The notes below the pieces were generated by a model. The model saw nothing but the letters and a program-made list of their open reading frames with translations, searched no databases and had not been told where the DNA came from. This document shows positions 1 through 8,168 of a DNA stretch of 15,071 nt, one piece after another. Position 1 is the first letter of the stretch. Every line of letters starts with the position of its first letter. The stretch spans positions 1-15,071 of the forward strand of contig JBBIPC010000026.1 in the NCBI GenBank assembly GCA_037443035.1, read 5' to 3'. Source of the DNA: Chthonomonadales bacterium (lineage in GTDB: Bacteria > Armatimonadota > Chthonomonadetes > Chthonomonadales > CAJBBX01). A program made the translations under genes and the position numbers.

Positions 1-84
1 CGCTGCAGGACCATCGGGTTTCGATGCGTAAGGGATGTTGGTAGACGGTAGCTGCGATGCTTACCACAGAGGAGGCGACTTCAC

Positions 85-1167
85 ATGGAGAGACGAACAT
101 CTAGTTGGCTGAGAGGCGTTGTCGTGTTGGTGGGCGCAGCGGTCCTCTACATCATGGCGCTGGAGAGTGGCGGAGTCCGCGCTGGTCAGTCTCCTTCCTG
201 GCATTCCGCTGCCTCCATCACCGTGGCAGCGGCGACTGCCGACGCTCGTACACAGGCCGCTGCCGACTTCGTGTGCGACGGCCGATCCGACCAGGTCGAG
301 ATACAGGCCGCCATCGACAGCTTGCCCGGTCGGGGCGACTGCCACGGCGGGGGTACGGTGCTGCTGACTGGAGGCGACTTTCGCATTGACGCTCCCATCA
401 GGGTCCGTGGTGGTCTCATCCTGCGAGGGGCGGGAGGCCCGGCAGGCACCGCCATCCGCGTCGCGGCGGGGTCCAACTGTCACATCCTGACCTATCACGG
501 CACCCAGCGAACGTACTTCCTGCGTATACAGGATCTCTGTCTCATTGGTGATGCCAAGTACAGCGTCATGGGCGACGGGATCCATGTTCCGGTCACCACT
601 CTTATGGACGTGTCTCTTAGCCATGTCTTCATCTCGTCGTGTGCAGGAAATGGCATCGACACCGCGAGCTTATGGGGATGGAACCTCAACAACGTCGTCA
701 TCGAGTTATGCAAGGGCACCGGCTTCGCGGCGCGAACGCCTGCCGGTAGCCAGCAGGGGCCCCGTATCCTGAACTCCAAGTTTCTCGACAATCTTGGAGG
801 CGCCGTGCTACTCGAATCGCAGGTACGTCAAGCCCTGATCATGGCAAGCGACTTCCACTGCAACGTTCCCGGCATGAAGGTCCTCGACATCGAGGGTGGC
901 TCGGGCCATATCATCCAGGGATGCAGATTTGGTGAAGGGGCGGCTGATGCGCACATCTTTCTTGGGCCCGGCGTCGAAAGCACCACAATCGTCGGAAACT
1001 CCTTCCGTTCGGGTCGGAACTCTCCTCCCATCTCCATGCGGTTCTCCGCTGGAGCCAAGGCGAACGTCGTCACAGGCAACACGTTTGCGTTGAAGGTACC
1101 TACGGTCTTTCTTCGCGATGAGGACGGATCCAACGTCGTCAGCGGGAACGCCGGTACCTACAAGTGA
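85..1167 (+). CDS. Secreted right-handed parallel beta-helix protein (pectate lyase 3 / NosD-like superfamily)
   Basis: SD AGAGGAGG at 68-75 before ATG 85. Hydrophobic signal peptide (GVVVLVGAAVLYIMA...VRA|G). N-terminal cap ADFVCDGRSDQVEIQAAIDSLP...GGGTVLLTGGDF followed by beta-helix repeats (LRIQDLCLIG, IIQGCRF, TIVGNSF, VVTGNTF, VVSGN). Confidence 0.85.
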   Translation: MERRTSSWLRGVVVLVGAAVLYIMALESGGVRAGQSPSWHSAASITVAAATADARTQAAADFVCDGRSDQVEIQAAIDSLPGRGDCHGGGTVLLTGGDFRIDAPIRVRGGLILRGAGGPAGTAIRVAAGSNCHILTYHGTQRTYFLRIQDLCLIGDAKYSVMGDGIHVPVTTLMDVSLSHVFISSCAGNGIDTASLWGWNLNNVVIELCKGTGFAARTPAGSQQGPRILNSKFLDNLGGAVLLESQVRQALIMASDFHCNVPGMKVLDIEGGSGHIIQGCRFGEGAADAHIFLGPGVESTTIVGNSFRSGRNSPPISMRFSAGAKANVVTGNTFALKVPTVFLRDEDGSNVVSGNAGTYK

Positions 1168-1970
1168 GCGAAATACTGGGCACGGACGCCCGCGGAACGG
1201 TACGCATATGCCTGCTTCCTCTGCGTATTCGGCTAAGGCAACGGCAGGCAAATCTGCAGCATTTCGAAGAGAGGTTCCGAGAGATCGCCGACTTCCGACC
1301 GGACGTGGTGTGTTTGCCAGAATGCGCTTTCACTGGTTACCTGTATGAAGACGAAGACCTGCAACGATTCGCGGAGACCATACCTGGCAATACCACCGAG
1401 ACACTCTCCCGCATAGCTACAGGCAGCCGCTGCTATATTTGCGCGGGATTGCTGGAGAAGAGCGCCAAGGGCATCTACAGCGCTGCGGTCCTCGTGACCC
1501 CCTCGGGGCAGATCGTACTCGAGCATCGAAAGCTGACCGAACAACCGCCCTTCGCGACGGGAGACCGTGTGTACGCGACCTGTACCCCGTGGGGACGGAC
1601 TGCAATTCTCATTTGCGGCGACTTGTTCCACTCGAGCACGCCGGCGATGTTCACGGAACCGCCCGACGTCGTATTTGTGCCCATGGCGCGTGCGTTCGAC
1701 GGAAAGTCCCCGGACCTCGACAGGTGGGTGAATACCGAACGCCAAGCCTACGTTGACGCGGTCAAGACAGTCGGTGCCGCCGCATGCTTGGTGAACATCC
1801 TCGACGACACACCCCAGGAGGGCTATTTTGGAGGTGCGATGATCGTAGATGCTCTCGGCCACGTGCTCGCGGAGTCACCGCACGGTACCGATGAGGCGCT
1901 CGTTTTCGACCTGGCGGTCCCCCGTCGGTCCCACTCACCATCTCACGTCCACCGTCGTGATGCCCGATAG
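1164..1970 (+). CDS. Carbon-nitrogen hydrolase (nitrilase superfamily amidohydrolase)
   Basis: GTGA start/stop overlap with the upstream gene. Catalytic triad E53 (DVVCLPEC-FTGY), K123 (EHRKL), C151 (GRTAILICGD). C-terminal YFGGAMIVDALGHVLAE motif typical of the family. Confidence 0.9.
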   Translation: MSEILGTDARGTVRICLLPLRIRLRQRQANLQHFEERFREIADFRPDVVCLPECAFTGYLYEDEDLQRFAETIPGNTTETLSRIATGSRCYICAGLLEKSAKGIYSAAVLVTPSGQIVLEHRKLTEQPPFATGDRVYATCTPWGRTAILICGDLFHSSTPAMFTEPPDVVFVPMARAFDGKSPDLDRWVNTERQAYVDAVKTVGAAACLVNILDDTPQEGYFGGAMIVDALGHVLAESPHGTDEALVFDLAVPRRSHSPSHVHRRDAR

Positions 1971-4900
1971 CGGGCCAATGACCACCATCTCGCCCTCCGT
2001 GGTCAGTCGCGTGCCGTTAGCCGTCGCCACACGAGGCGGCCGGCCGTCCGGGCCACAAGCGCGCAGGAGGACCCGTCTCGCTGAGCATGCTCCGTCCGGT
2101 TGGATACGAACTGTCATCCCCGTCGCCGTGGCAGTAGCTTCGATGGATAGAGTACCGAAGAACGTGCGCATCCCTCCGCAGACTATCCGACTGCCTGCTT
2201 CGAACCAGGGCTTCGGCACGCCATCCAGCAGCCTCAGATCCCTGGGAGGATCGTCGGCGTAGTCTTCCCGGACGAGTGCCATGCGCAGTAGCTGGACCGC
2301 CATGCCCGCACCCGCCGCCAACGGCTCTCCTTCCTGATTCTGCCAGCCCTGCGCCCACGCGCCGCCGTACCGGTAGATCCAGAACCACCGCTCCCGGGCA
2401 TATTCCCACCATGTCCGCAGGTTATCCGTGCGGAGGGGGAACACGCCGCTCACCTCGGGATTGCTCCAGAGGTTCCGGGACATGGCCACCGCGAACAGCC
2501 CCATGAGCGACGTCACGAACTCCTCCCGCTCGCCGGCGTCCAGGAGCGCCTGCATATAGCCCTTGCCGTAGACTCCGTCCAGCGCGTTGGCGAAACGCAC
2601 CTGCCCTGCAAGGACGCCTCCCCGCTCTTGCATGTACCGAGGAACCCAGCGCGCGCGATCGTCGCTTACGGGAAATAACCGCAGTTCTTGAAAACAGGGC
2701 GCGAAGAGGTTCCAGTAGTTCGCCAGGTAGCTCCACGTGTCCGAAGCGGGGACATCGGCCGCGAGCACGGCATAGGGAGGCTCCTTCTCTCTGGCCTCCG
2801 CCTGGAGGCCGAACGACATGGGAAGGAACGGGAGGCCCGTGGACCGGTCCACCAGAGTATCCGCCAACTCTGTCAGCCGCTTGCGGTAGCGGTCGGCTGC
2901 CTCGCGGTACCGCGCGGCGGCTTCCGTATCGCCAAGCATGCCCATGAGCACCGCCGTATCGTTCAGCCCACGCCAGCAGGCCGCGTTGGCGTAGAAGCTG
3001 TAGGCCGGCATGCCGATATCGCCGCCGTACACATGCCGAGGCAGGATGCCTCCCCATTTGGGGTCCTTGTTCGCTTCGATCTGCTGGATGGTCCAGTCGG
3101 CGCAGCGACGCAGCGCCGGGGCGATGCTCCGCAACCAGTTGGCGTTGGGGCATAGGCGCGCCACATCGGCGGCGTACCACGCTGCCAGACCATTACGATA
3201 CTGATGGTGGTAGTTGCCCTTGTCCAACGCACTATCCGAGAGCATGTAATCCATGACACGCCGAGCGTACTCCCCCAGGCCGAACTGGGCCAGCGCCACC
3301 GCTGTCCACCCCTCTTCCAACCCGAAGTAGGTCTCGTAGTGGTAGGCTCCATAACGCGCGGCATCGCCGTCGAGACCGATGACAGCGCATTGCACCAGAA
3401 GATTGCGCAAAGCATCGGCCAGGCCAGGCTCCGGAAGCGTAAGGTCTGCCACAGGGCCGAGGAACCGACGCCAGTACTGTCGGAAACTGCGGAGAAGCGC
3501 TTTCGGATCGGACTGAGCGATGGCCGCGGCATCGGACATGGGGCTCGTGACGTCGGGCACGAAGTAGGCCAGCGTCGCCTCTTGCCCCGGCTGCAAGAGG
3601 ACGTCATTGCAAATGTGCGGCTCGCGGGTTGTGCCACCGAACCGGCCACGCTGGAATGCGTGCAGAACGATCTCCCCATTCCCGTCACGGACAGTCCGAT
3701 CATCGGCATCCAACCGATATCCAGTAACGAGCGGATCGGACAGGAAGGGCGTAACCGGTGTCCCGTAGATCCGACGGAGGCCCATTGCCATGCGAAACGG
3801 CAGCCGCCGCAGCCGGCTGGACGTGTTCTGAAATGTCACCATGGAGACCGTGCCGTAGATAGGCGCATCCGGAGCCGTCACGAAGACCGTCTGGGTCACG
3901 CGCACGCCTTCCAGCTCGTAACGCGTGACGACGGCCGGCAGCCATCCGTCCAGGCACGATGAGGTCGTGCGAAACCAATCCGGCGGTTTCCCGTCAGGCA
4001 AAGGTGCGAACCACCGATCCAGCGCCTGGGCTGGTAGCTGGGCACCTGTGGACGGGTCCTGGCACGGCGCCGTCAGCACTTGGAAGAAGGTTCCGGTCCA
4101 CGTCACCATCGTCTCGATCATGTCGGCGGGCCGCCCGATGGCCGCTTTGGTGAAGTCAATGGGCTGTAGCAACGTCGCCATCGTCGCGAAGTCCTGGCGT
4201 GGCGCAGCCCGGAATCGCTGGCCGAGCATGTCCGTACGGCTGAGGCGAACGGCCTCGTAGTAGTCGGCAACCTCGGGACCGCATGCTACCACCACGTTGG
4301 AGCCCAACCGGCGGTCCGCGTGGATTATCAGGCCATCCACACAGACCGGCGAGAAGGTCAGCCATCCATCGGCGCGCTGCTCCAGCGCCTCTACCTGGCT
4401 GCTGCCTCCATAGGCGGCCCATGCCACCTGGTGAACGTGTACACCCTTCGGGACTCGCACGCGGCTGACCATCATGGGACGGATCCAACTGACGCGCCAG
4501 GGATTGCCCGGAGTGACCGTAGCGCCCGCCTCCTTCACGGCCAGGTTGCCGCCGGTCTTCAGGCAGGCGGGTGGCTCCAGCGATGGCCCTACACGGTGCA
4601 GAGTACCCCGCGGATCCGTTGCTCCGTCAGGAGATGCAGTTAGGTCTGCCACAGCGATGCATTGGTAGCCCAAGTCTCTGTGGGCCGGTGCTGGACAGTA
4701 CAGGCGGATCCGCGGTGTCGTGCGGGGATGGAAGCGGTACGTCCATTGCACGCTGCCGCGCATCTGGGCCGGAGCAAGCTCCCCGACGCGGGTCGTGTCG
4801 ATTTCCAGATCTGCGACTACCGGCCGCCATCGGCTCCCCTCCCAGACCTCCACCCTGGCCGCTCTCGGGTCCGGCTCGAAGCTTCTTCCACCCAGCGAGG

Positions 4901-5096
4901 CGAAGCGCACCACCAGCTTTCCAACGGTAACCGGCTGGTCCCACACAAGGCCGAAGTCCGCCGGGTCCTGGTGCGCCGTTTGTCGCAGAATTTCATAGGT
5001 CTCGGGCCGGCCGTCGGTGACGAACGCGGGCAGTACCCGCTCCGTGGGAGTCCACGACACGGCGCGGGGCGGCGGTAGAGCGGGCGTTGGAAACAC
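1935..5096 (-). CDS. Large six-hairpin (alpha/alpha)6 glycosidase-like protein with N-terminal discoidin/galactose-binding-like domains; family and substrate unassigned
   Basis: Open frame of 1064 codons from TTG 5129. The more likely start is GTG 5096, 6 nt after SD GGGAGG, giving ~1053 aa. Discoidin-like strands (FGLVWDQPVTVGKLVVRF, VEVWEGSRW, RTTPRIRLY). Helical hairpin core (GILPRHVYGGDIG..YSFYANAACWRGL..AARYREAADRYRKRL) and C-terminal LRLLDGVPKPWF..TFFGTLS beta-sandwich typical of GH15/63/65/78-like folds. Confidence 0.7.
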   Translation of the reverse strand: MFPTPALPPPRAVSWTPTERVLPAFVTDGRPETYEILRQTAHQDPADFGLVWDQPVTVGKLVVRFASLGGRSFEPDPRAARVEVWEGSRWRPVVADLEIDTTRVGELAPAQMRGSVQWTYRFHPRTTPRIRLYCPAPAHRDLGYQCIAVADLTASPDGATDPRGTLHRVGPSLEPPACLKTGGNLAVKEAGATVTPGNPWRVSWIRPMMVSRVRVPKGVHVHQVAWAAYGGSSQVEALEQRADGWLTFSPVCVDGLIIHADRRLGSNVVVACGPEVADYYEAVRLSRTDMLGQRFRAAPRQDFATMATLLQPIDFTKAAIGRPADMIETMVTWTGTFFQVLTAPCQDPSTGAQLPAQALDRWFAPLPDGKPPDWFRTTSSCLDGWLPAVVTRYELEGVRVTQTVFVTAPDAPIYGTVSMVTFQNTSSRLRRLPFRMAMGLRRIYGTPVTPFLSDPLVTGYRLDADDRTVRDGNGEIVLHAFQRGRFGGTTREPHICNDVLLQPGQEATLAYFVPDVTSPMSDAAAIAQSDPKALLRSFRQYWRRFLGPVADLTLPEPGLADALRNLLVQCAVIGLDGDAARYGAYHYETYFGLEEGWTAVALAQFGLGEYARRVMDYMLSDSALDKGNYHHQYRNGLAAWYAADVARLCPNANWLRSIAPALRRCADWTIQQIEANKDPKWGGILPRHVYGGDIGMPAYSFYANAACWRGLNDTAVLMGMLGDTEAAARYREAADRYRKRLTELADTLVDRSTGLPFLPMSFGLQAEAREKEPPYAVLAADVPASDTWSYLANYWNLFAPCFQELRLFPVSDDRARWVPRYMQERGGVLAGQVRFANALDGVYGKGYMQALLDAGEREEFVTSLMGLFAVAMSRNLWSNPEVSGVFPLRTDNLRTWWEYARERWFWIYRYGGAWAQGWQNQEGEPLAAGAGMAVQLLRMALVREDYADDPPRDLRLLDGVPKPWFEAGSRIVCGGMRTFFGTLSIEATATATGMTVRIQPDGACSARRVLLRACGPDGRPPRVATANGTRLTTEGEMVVIGPLSGITTVDVRW

Positions 5097-5211
5097 GGGC
5101 GACCTCCCAGGGTGCAAGCGTATCGGCAATGCGTTGCCCTATGTTATTCGGTCCGTACTGGCTCCGTCCTGCCTGGCCGTCGGAGTGCGCAGGAGGGTAC
5201 GCTGTGTTTCG

Positions 5212-5240
5212 TTGAACGCGTGGCTTGCGTGTGCCAGAAT
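5212..5240 (+). promoter_or_regulatory. Candidate sigma70-type promoter for the nik operon
   Basis: TTGAAC (5212-5217), 17-nt spacer ending in TGc, then CAGAAT (5235-5240), 43 nt upstream of ATG 5284. Consensus match only. Confidence 0.4.
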
Positions 5241-5283
5241 GGGCCGGTACATCGCCGCAGAGGGAGCATAGGGTTAGCTTACG

Positions 5284-7233
5284 ATGCACATTCCAGACTC
5301 CGTGATCAGCCCCGCCACATCGGCCGCGACGGGCGCGGTTATGCTCCCGATATGGTACGGCGCACTAAGAGTGCTGCGTAGGACCCTTACCACACGGCAG
5401 GTACCGTTGCTCGCCTTGGGTGCGGCATTCGCCTTCACCATCATGATGTTCAACATTCCTGTCGTTGGCGGGACCACGGTTCACGCGGTCGGAGGTGTGG
5501 CTCTAGCCGTCGCGCTTGGCCCCTGGGCTGCCGTCATGGGTGTAAGCGTGGCTCTGGGCATCCAGGCGCTCTTCTTCGGTGATGGGGGGATCCTGGCATT
5601 CGGCGCGAATTGCCTGACCATGGCGTGCGCCATGCCACTGACGGGATATGCCGTCTATCGTCTGGCTTCCTCCGGCAGTCAATGCACACCGGCGCGCCGT
5701 GCGTTCGCCGTGGGACTGGGTGCCTATGTGGGGGCTAACGTTGCGGCCCTCACTACGGCTGTCTTGCTGGGCATCCAGCCGTGGCTGTATCACGATCACC
5801 TCGGCCGGGCCCTGTATTTCCCCTTCGACCTGCGCGTTACGGTACCAGCGATGATGATTCCCCACCTGACCATCGCAGGTTTCGCCGAGGCAGTTGTGTC
5901 CGTTATCGCCGTTCGCTATGCACAGGCCGCCGGGGTTCCCGTCGCAGGCCTCATCGAGCGGGAGGAGAGGGCATCCCGCCTGCAGTGGCTGTGGCTCGCC
6001 CTCGCCGCGCTGGTCGCGCTCTCGCCGCTGGGTCTGCTCGCCACCGGCGAGGCCTGGGGTGAATGGGGTAGGGAGGAACTGCAGAAGCGGGCCGGTTACG
6101 TGCCACCCAAGCTTGCCGAAATGGAGGAGCGACCGGTGGCAACACCGCCTTTGCCGGATTACCTGAGCGACCGCGGACCTGCTTTCTACGTGATCTCCGG
6201 CCTCGTGGGAGCGGCCGTCGTCGCGGGTCTCGTTCTGATCGTGGGACGGCTGCTGGCGCGCCGTCAGCACGACAGCGACGGCAGTGACACTGAAGGTCCT
6301 CCACCCACTTCCACGGTTCGCGAAGGAGAGCTGCCCGAGTGGCTATGCAGTGACGACACATCAGCAGAACAGAGGCCGCGCGCCGGTCCCACTACGCAGG
6401 TGCGCGGGTTCGCGGAGCGGACTCTGCACCATCTGGTGCACAGTATGGCAGAGCAACTCGCCGCGGAACGCACTGCTCGCCATCGTGGTCTCCTTCAGAG
6501 CCTGGATCCCCGGACTAAGGTCCTGTGTGCCCTCGCGGCGATCCTCTGCATATCGCTGACGCACAGTCTGCCGGCGCTTGCCGCTGCATGGTTGTCCGTG
6601 GCCGGGCTGGGCAGGCTTTCCGGCATCTCGCCGCGGACTCTTGTGCTGCGCGTATGGTGGGTCGCCGTCGTGTTCGCAGGAGTGGTCGCCCTTCCGGCAG
6701 CCTTGCGCGTAAGCACTCCTGGTCCTCCCCTGCTTGCCTTTGGCGCTTCTCCGTGGCTGACTATCACCACACCCGGCGTGTGGGTTGCCCTTCGCATCGT
6801 GGTCCGCGTGGCCGCCGCGCTCTCCGTTGCTCACCTTGTGGCCCTCACCACCCCCTGGGCTTCTCTGCTGGCGGCCCTGCGTGGTCTGGGGCTTCCCTCT
6901 ATCGTCGTGGCCGTTCTCGGCATGACGTACCGCTATCTTGCAGTGATGATACAGGCTGCCGATGACGCGTTCAGCGCCCGAGTTAGCCGCATGGTCGGAG
7001 CCATCGAGGGATCGCGCGGCCGACTCCTCGTTGGCAGTGCTATGGGAGCACTTCTGGCGAGGAGTCTGGCACTCGTGGAGGAAGTCCACGATTCGATGCT
7101 TTCGCGAGGTTGGACGGGTCAAGCCCGATCCTTGACTCGGTTTCGATTCCGCGCACAGGATCTCGCGTTTTCCTCGGTTGTGGCGGTGCTGCTTGCCTAT
7201 CTGCTATGGACCACACGGGTTGGGGGACCCTAG
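5284..7233 (+). CDS. nikMNQ: Fused nickel/cobalt ECF transporter membrane protein: NikM/CbiM (S) + NikN-like (PDGLE-type) + NikQ/CbiQ (T)
   Basis: N-terminus MHIPD with His2 and His67 (GGTTVH), the NikM/CbiM metal ligands, plus QALFFGDGG and GAN motifs. NikN-like LSPLGLLATGEAWGEWG...PLPDY. T-component GLLQSLDPRTKV, LRGLGLP, MTYRYL and the two Arg motifs (RVSRM, MLSRGW). I read the junction at 6241-6360 codon by codon and found no stop. Confidence 0.92.
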   Translation: MHIPDSVISPATSAATGAVMLPIWYGALRVLRRTLTTRQVPLLALGAAFAFTIMMFNIPVVGGTTVHAVGGVALAVALGPWAAVMGVSVALGIQALFFGDGGILAFGANCLTMACAMPLTGYAVYRLASSGSQCTPARRAFAVGLGAYVGANVAALTTAVLLGIQPWLYHDHLGRALYFPFDLRVTVPAMMIPHLTIAGFAEAVVSVIAVRYAQAAGVPVAGLIEREERASRLQWLWLALAALVALSPLGLLATGEAWGEWGREELQKRAGYVPPKLAEMEERPVATPPLPDYLSDRGPAFYVISGLVGAAVVAGLVLIVGRLLARRQHDSDGSDTEGPPPTSTVREGELPEWLCSDDTSAEQRPRAGPTTQVRGFAERTLHHLVHSMAEQLAAERTARHRGLLQSLDPRTKVLCALAAILCISLTHSLPALAAAWLSVAGLGRLSGISPRTLVLRVWWVAVVFAGVVALPAALRVSTPGPPLLAFGASPWLTITTPGVWVALRIVVRVAAALSVAHLVALTTPWASLLAALRGLGLPSIVVAVLGMTYRYLAVMIQAADDAFSARVSRMVGAIEGSRGRLLVGSAMGALLARSLALVEEVHDSMLSRGWTGQARSLTRFRFRAQDLAFSSVVAVLLAYLLWTTRVGGP

Positions 7234-7239
7234 CGGGGA

Positions 7240-8070
7240 ATGTCCGAGCGTAACGGGCGATCTGCTACGGATCATGCGCCAGTGTTCTGCCTGGACGGCG
7301 TGGAGTTCGCCTACCCCGAGGGACAGACGGCCCTCGTGCGTAGCGACTTCCGTGTGCGTGCGGGCGAGCGGATCGCCATTGTCGGCGCCAACGGATGCGG
7401 CAAGTCCACCCTCTTGAAGTTGCTGGATGCCCTTGTCTTCCCTACATCGGGTCGCTTCACGGCGTTCGGTGAACCTGTCACTGAACATGCATTCCGTGAT
7501 CGCGAAGCAGCGTGGCGATTTCGGAGGCGCGTGGGTCTCGTCTTTCAGAACTCCGACGCGCAGCTCTTCTCCCCCACGGTCCGGGAGGAGATCGCGTTCG
7601 GGCCCTTGCAGCTGGGGTTACCGGTCCGCGAGGTGGAGAAGCGCGTGGCCGACATCGCAGCTATGCTAGGTGTGCAGGAACTGCTGGATCGGACGCCCTT
7701 CCGTCTTTCCGGTGGCGAGAAGAAGAAGGTGGCTCTCGGAGCGGTACTGGCCGTGAACCCGCAGGTCATCCTTCTCGACGAGCCTACGAACGGCCTGGAC
7801 CCGCGCAGTCAGCACTGGCTCAATCACATGCTGAGCGATCTCCATCGAGCTGGCAAGACACTCATCGTGGCCACCCACGACTTGAGCATCGTCCCGCTCC
7901 TGGCTGACCGCGTCGTCGTTATGAACGAGCAGCACGGCTTGGAGGCCGATGGACTCTGTCACGAAATACTGAACGATCGCTCGCTTCTCCTTCGCGTGAA
8001 TCTCATCCACGAACACTCCCATTGGCATGGCCCGGTCGTGGAGCCCCATACCCACGGGGAGAAATCCTGA
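7240..8070 (+). CDS. nikO: ECF transporter ATPase NikO/CbiO with His-rich C-terminal tail
   Basis: Walker A GANGCGKST, Q-loop VFQNSDAQLFSPTVREEIAFGP, signature LSGGEKK, Walker B/D-loop ILLDEPTNGLD, H-loop ATHD. Tail HEHSHWHGPVVEPHTH. Starts 6 nt after the nikMNQ stop. Confidence 0.95.
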   Translation: MSERNGRSATDHAPVFCLDGVEFAYPEGQTALVRSDFRVRAGERIAIVGANGCGKSTLLKLLDALVFPTSGRFTAFGEPVTEHAFRDREAAWRFRRRVGLVFQNSDAQLFSPTVREEIAFGPLQLGLPVREVEKRVADIAAMLGVQELLDRTPFRLSGGEKKKVALGAVLAVNPQVILLDEPTNGLDPRSQHWLNHMLSDLHRAGKTLIVATHDLSIVPLLADRVVVMNEQHGLEADGLCHEILNDRSLLLRVNLIHEHSHWHGPVVEPHTHGEKS

Positions 8071-8120
8071 GTCTTCCCCAGGCACAATCACACGGCACGT
8101 TGCATGCAGCCAGCCTAGAG

Positions 8121-8146
8121 CAGCGTTTCGAAAAGGTCAAACGCTG
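8121..8146. repeat. Inverted repeat / hairpin downstream of nikO (possible terminator or RNA stability stem)
   Basis: CAGCGTTT (8121-8128) pairs perfectly with AAACGCTG (8139-8146). No U-tract follows. Confidence 0.45.
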
Positions 8147-8152
8147 TAACAC

Positions 8153-8168
8153 GACAGGATATCTTGTC
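8153..8168. promoter_or_regulatory. 16-bp near-perfect palindrome, possible operator
   Basis: GACAGGAT|ATCTTGTC has 7 of 8 pairs complementary and no loop, a shape more like a DNA-binding site than an RNA hairpin. Regulator unknown. Confidence 0.3.

Noticed and set aside
85..120. Tat signal (ERRTS) on the beta-helix protein
   Set aside because: It lacks the S/T-R-R-x-F-L consensus, so a Sec signal is more likely.
5097..5129. TTG 5129 as start of the glycosidase-like gene
   Set aside because: No SD before it, whereas GTG 5096 has GGGAGG at 6-nt spacing.
5097..5283. Cobalamin or NiCo riboswitch, or NikR operator, upstream of nikM
   Set aside because: No B12-box (GCCACTG...GGGAAG) and no GTA-N22-TAC palindrome at the GTA/TAC sites I checked. 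If the candidate promoter is right, the leader is only about 37 nt.
8115..8136. IS5/IS630-like terminal inverted repeat (CTAGAGCAGCGTTTCGAAAAGG)
   Set aside because: I found no matching partner end and no transposase fragment in the window.
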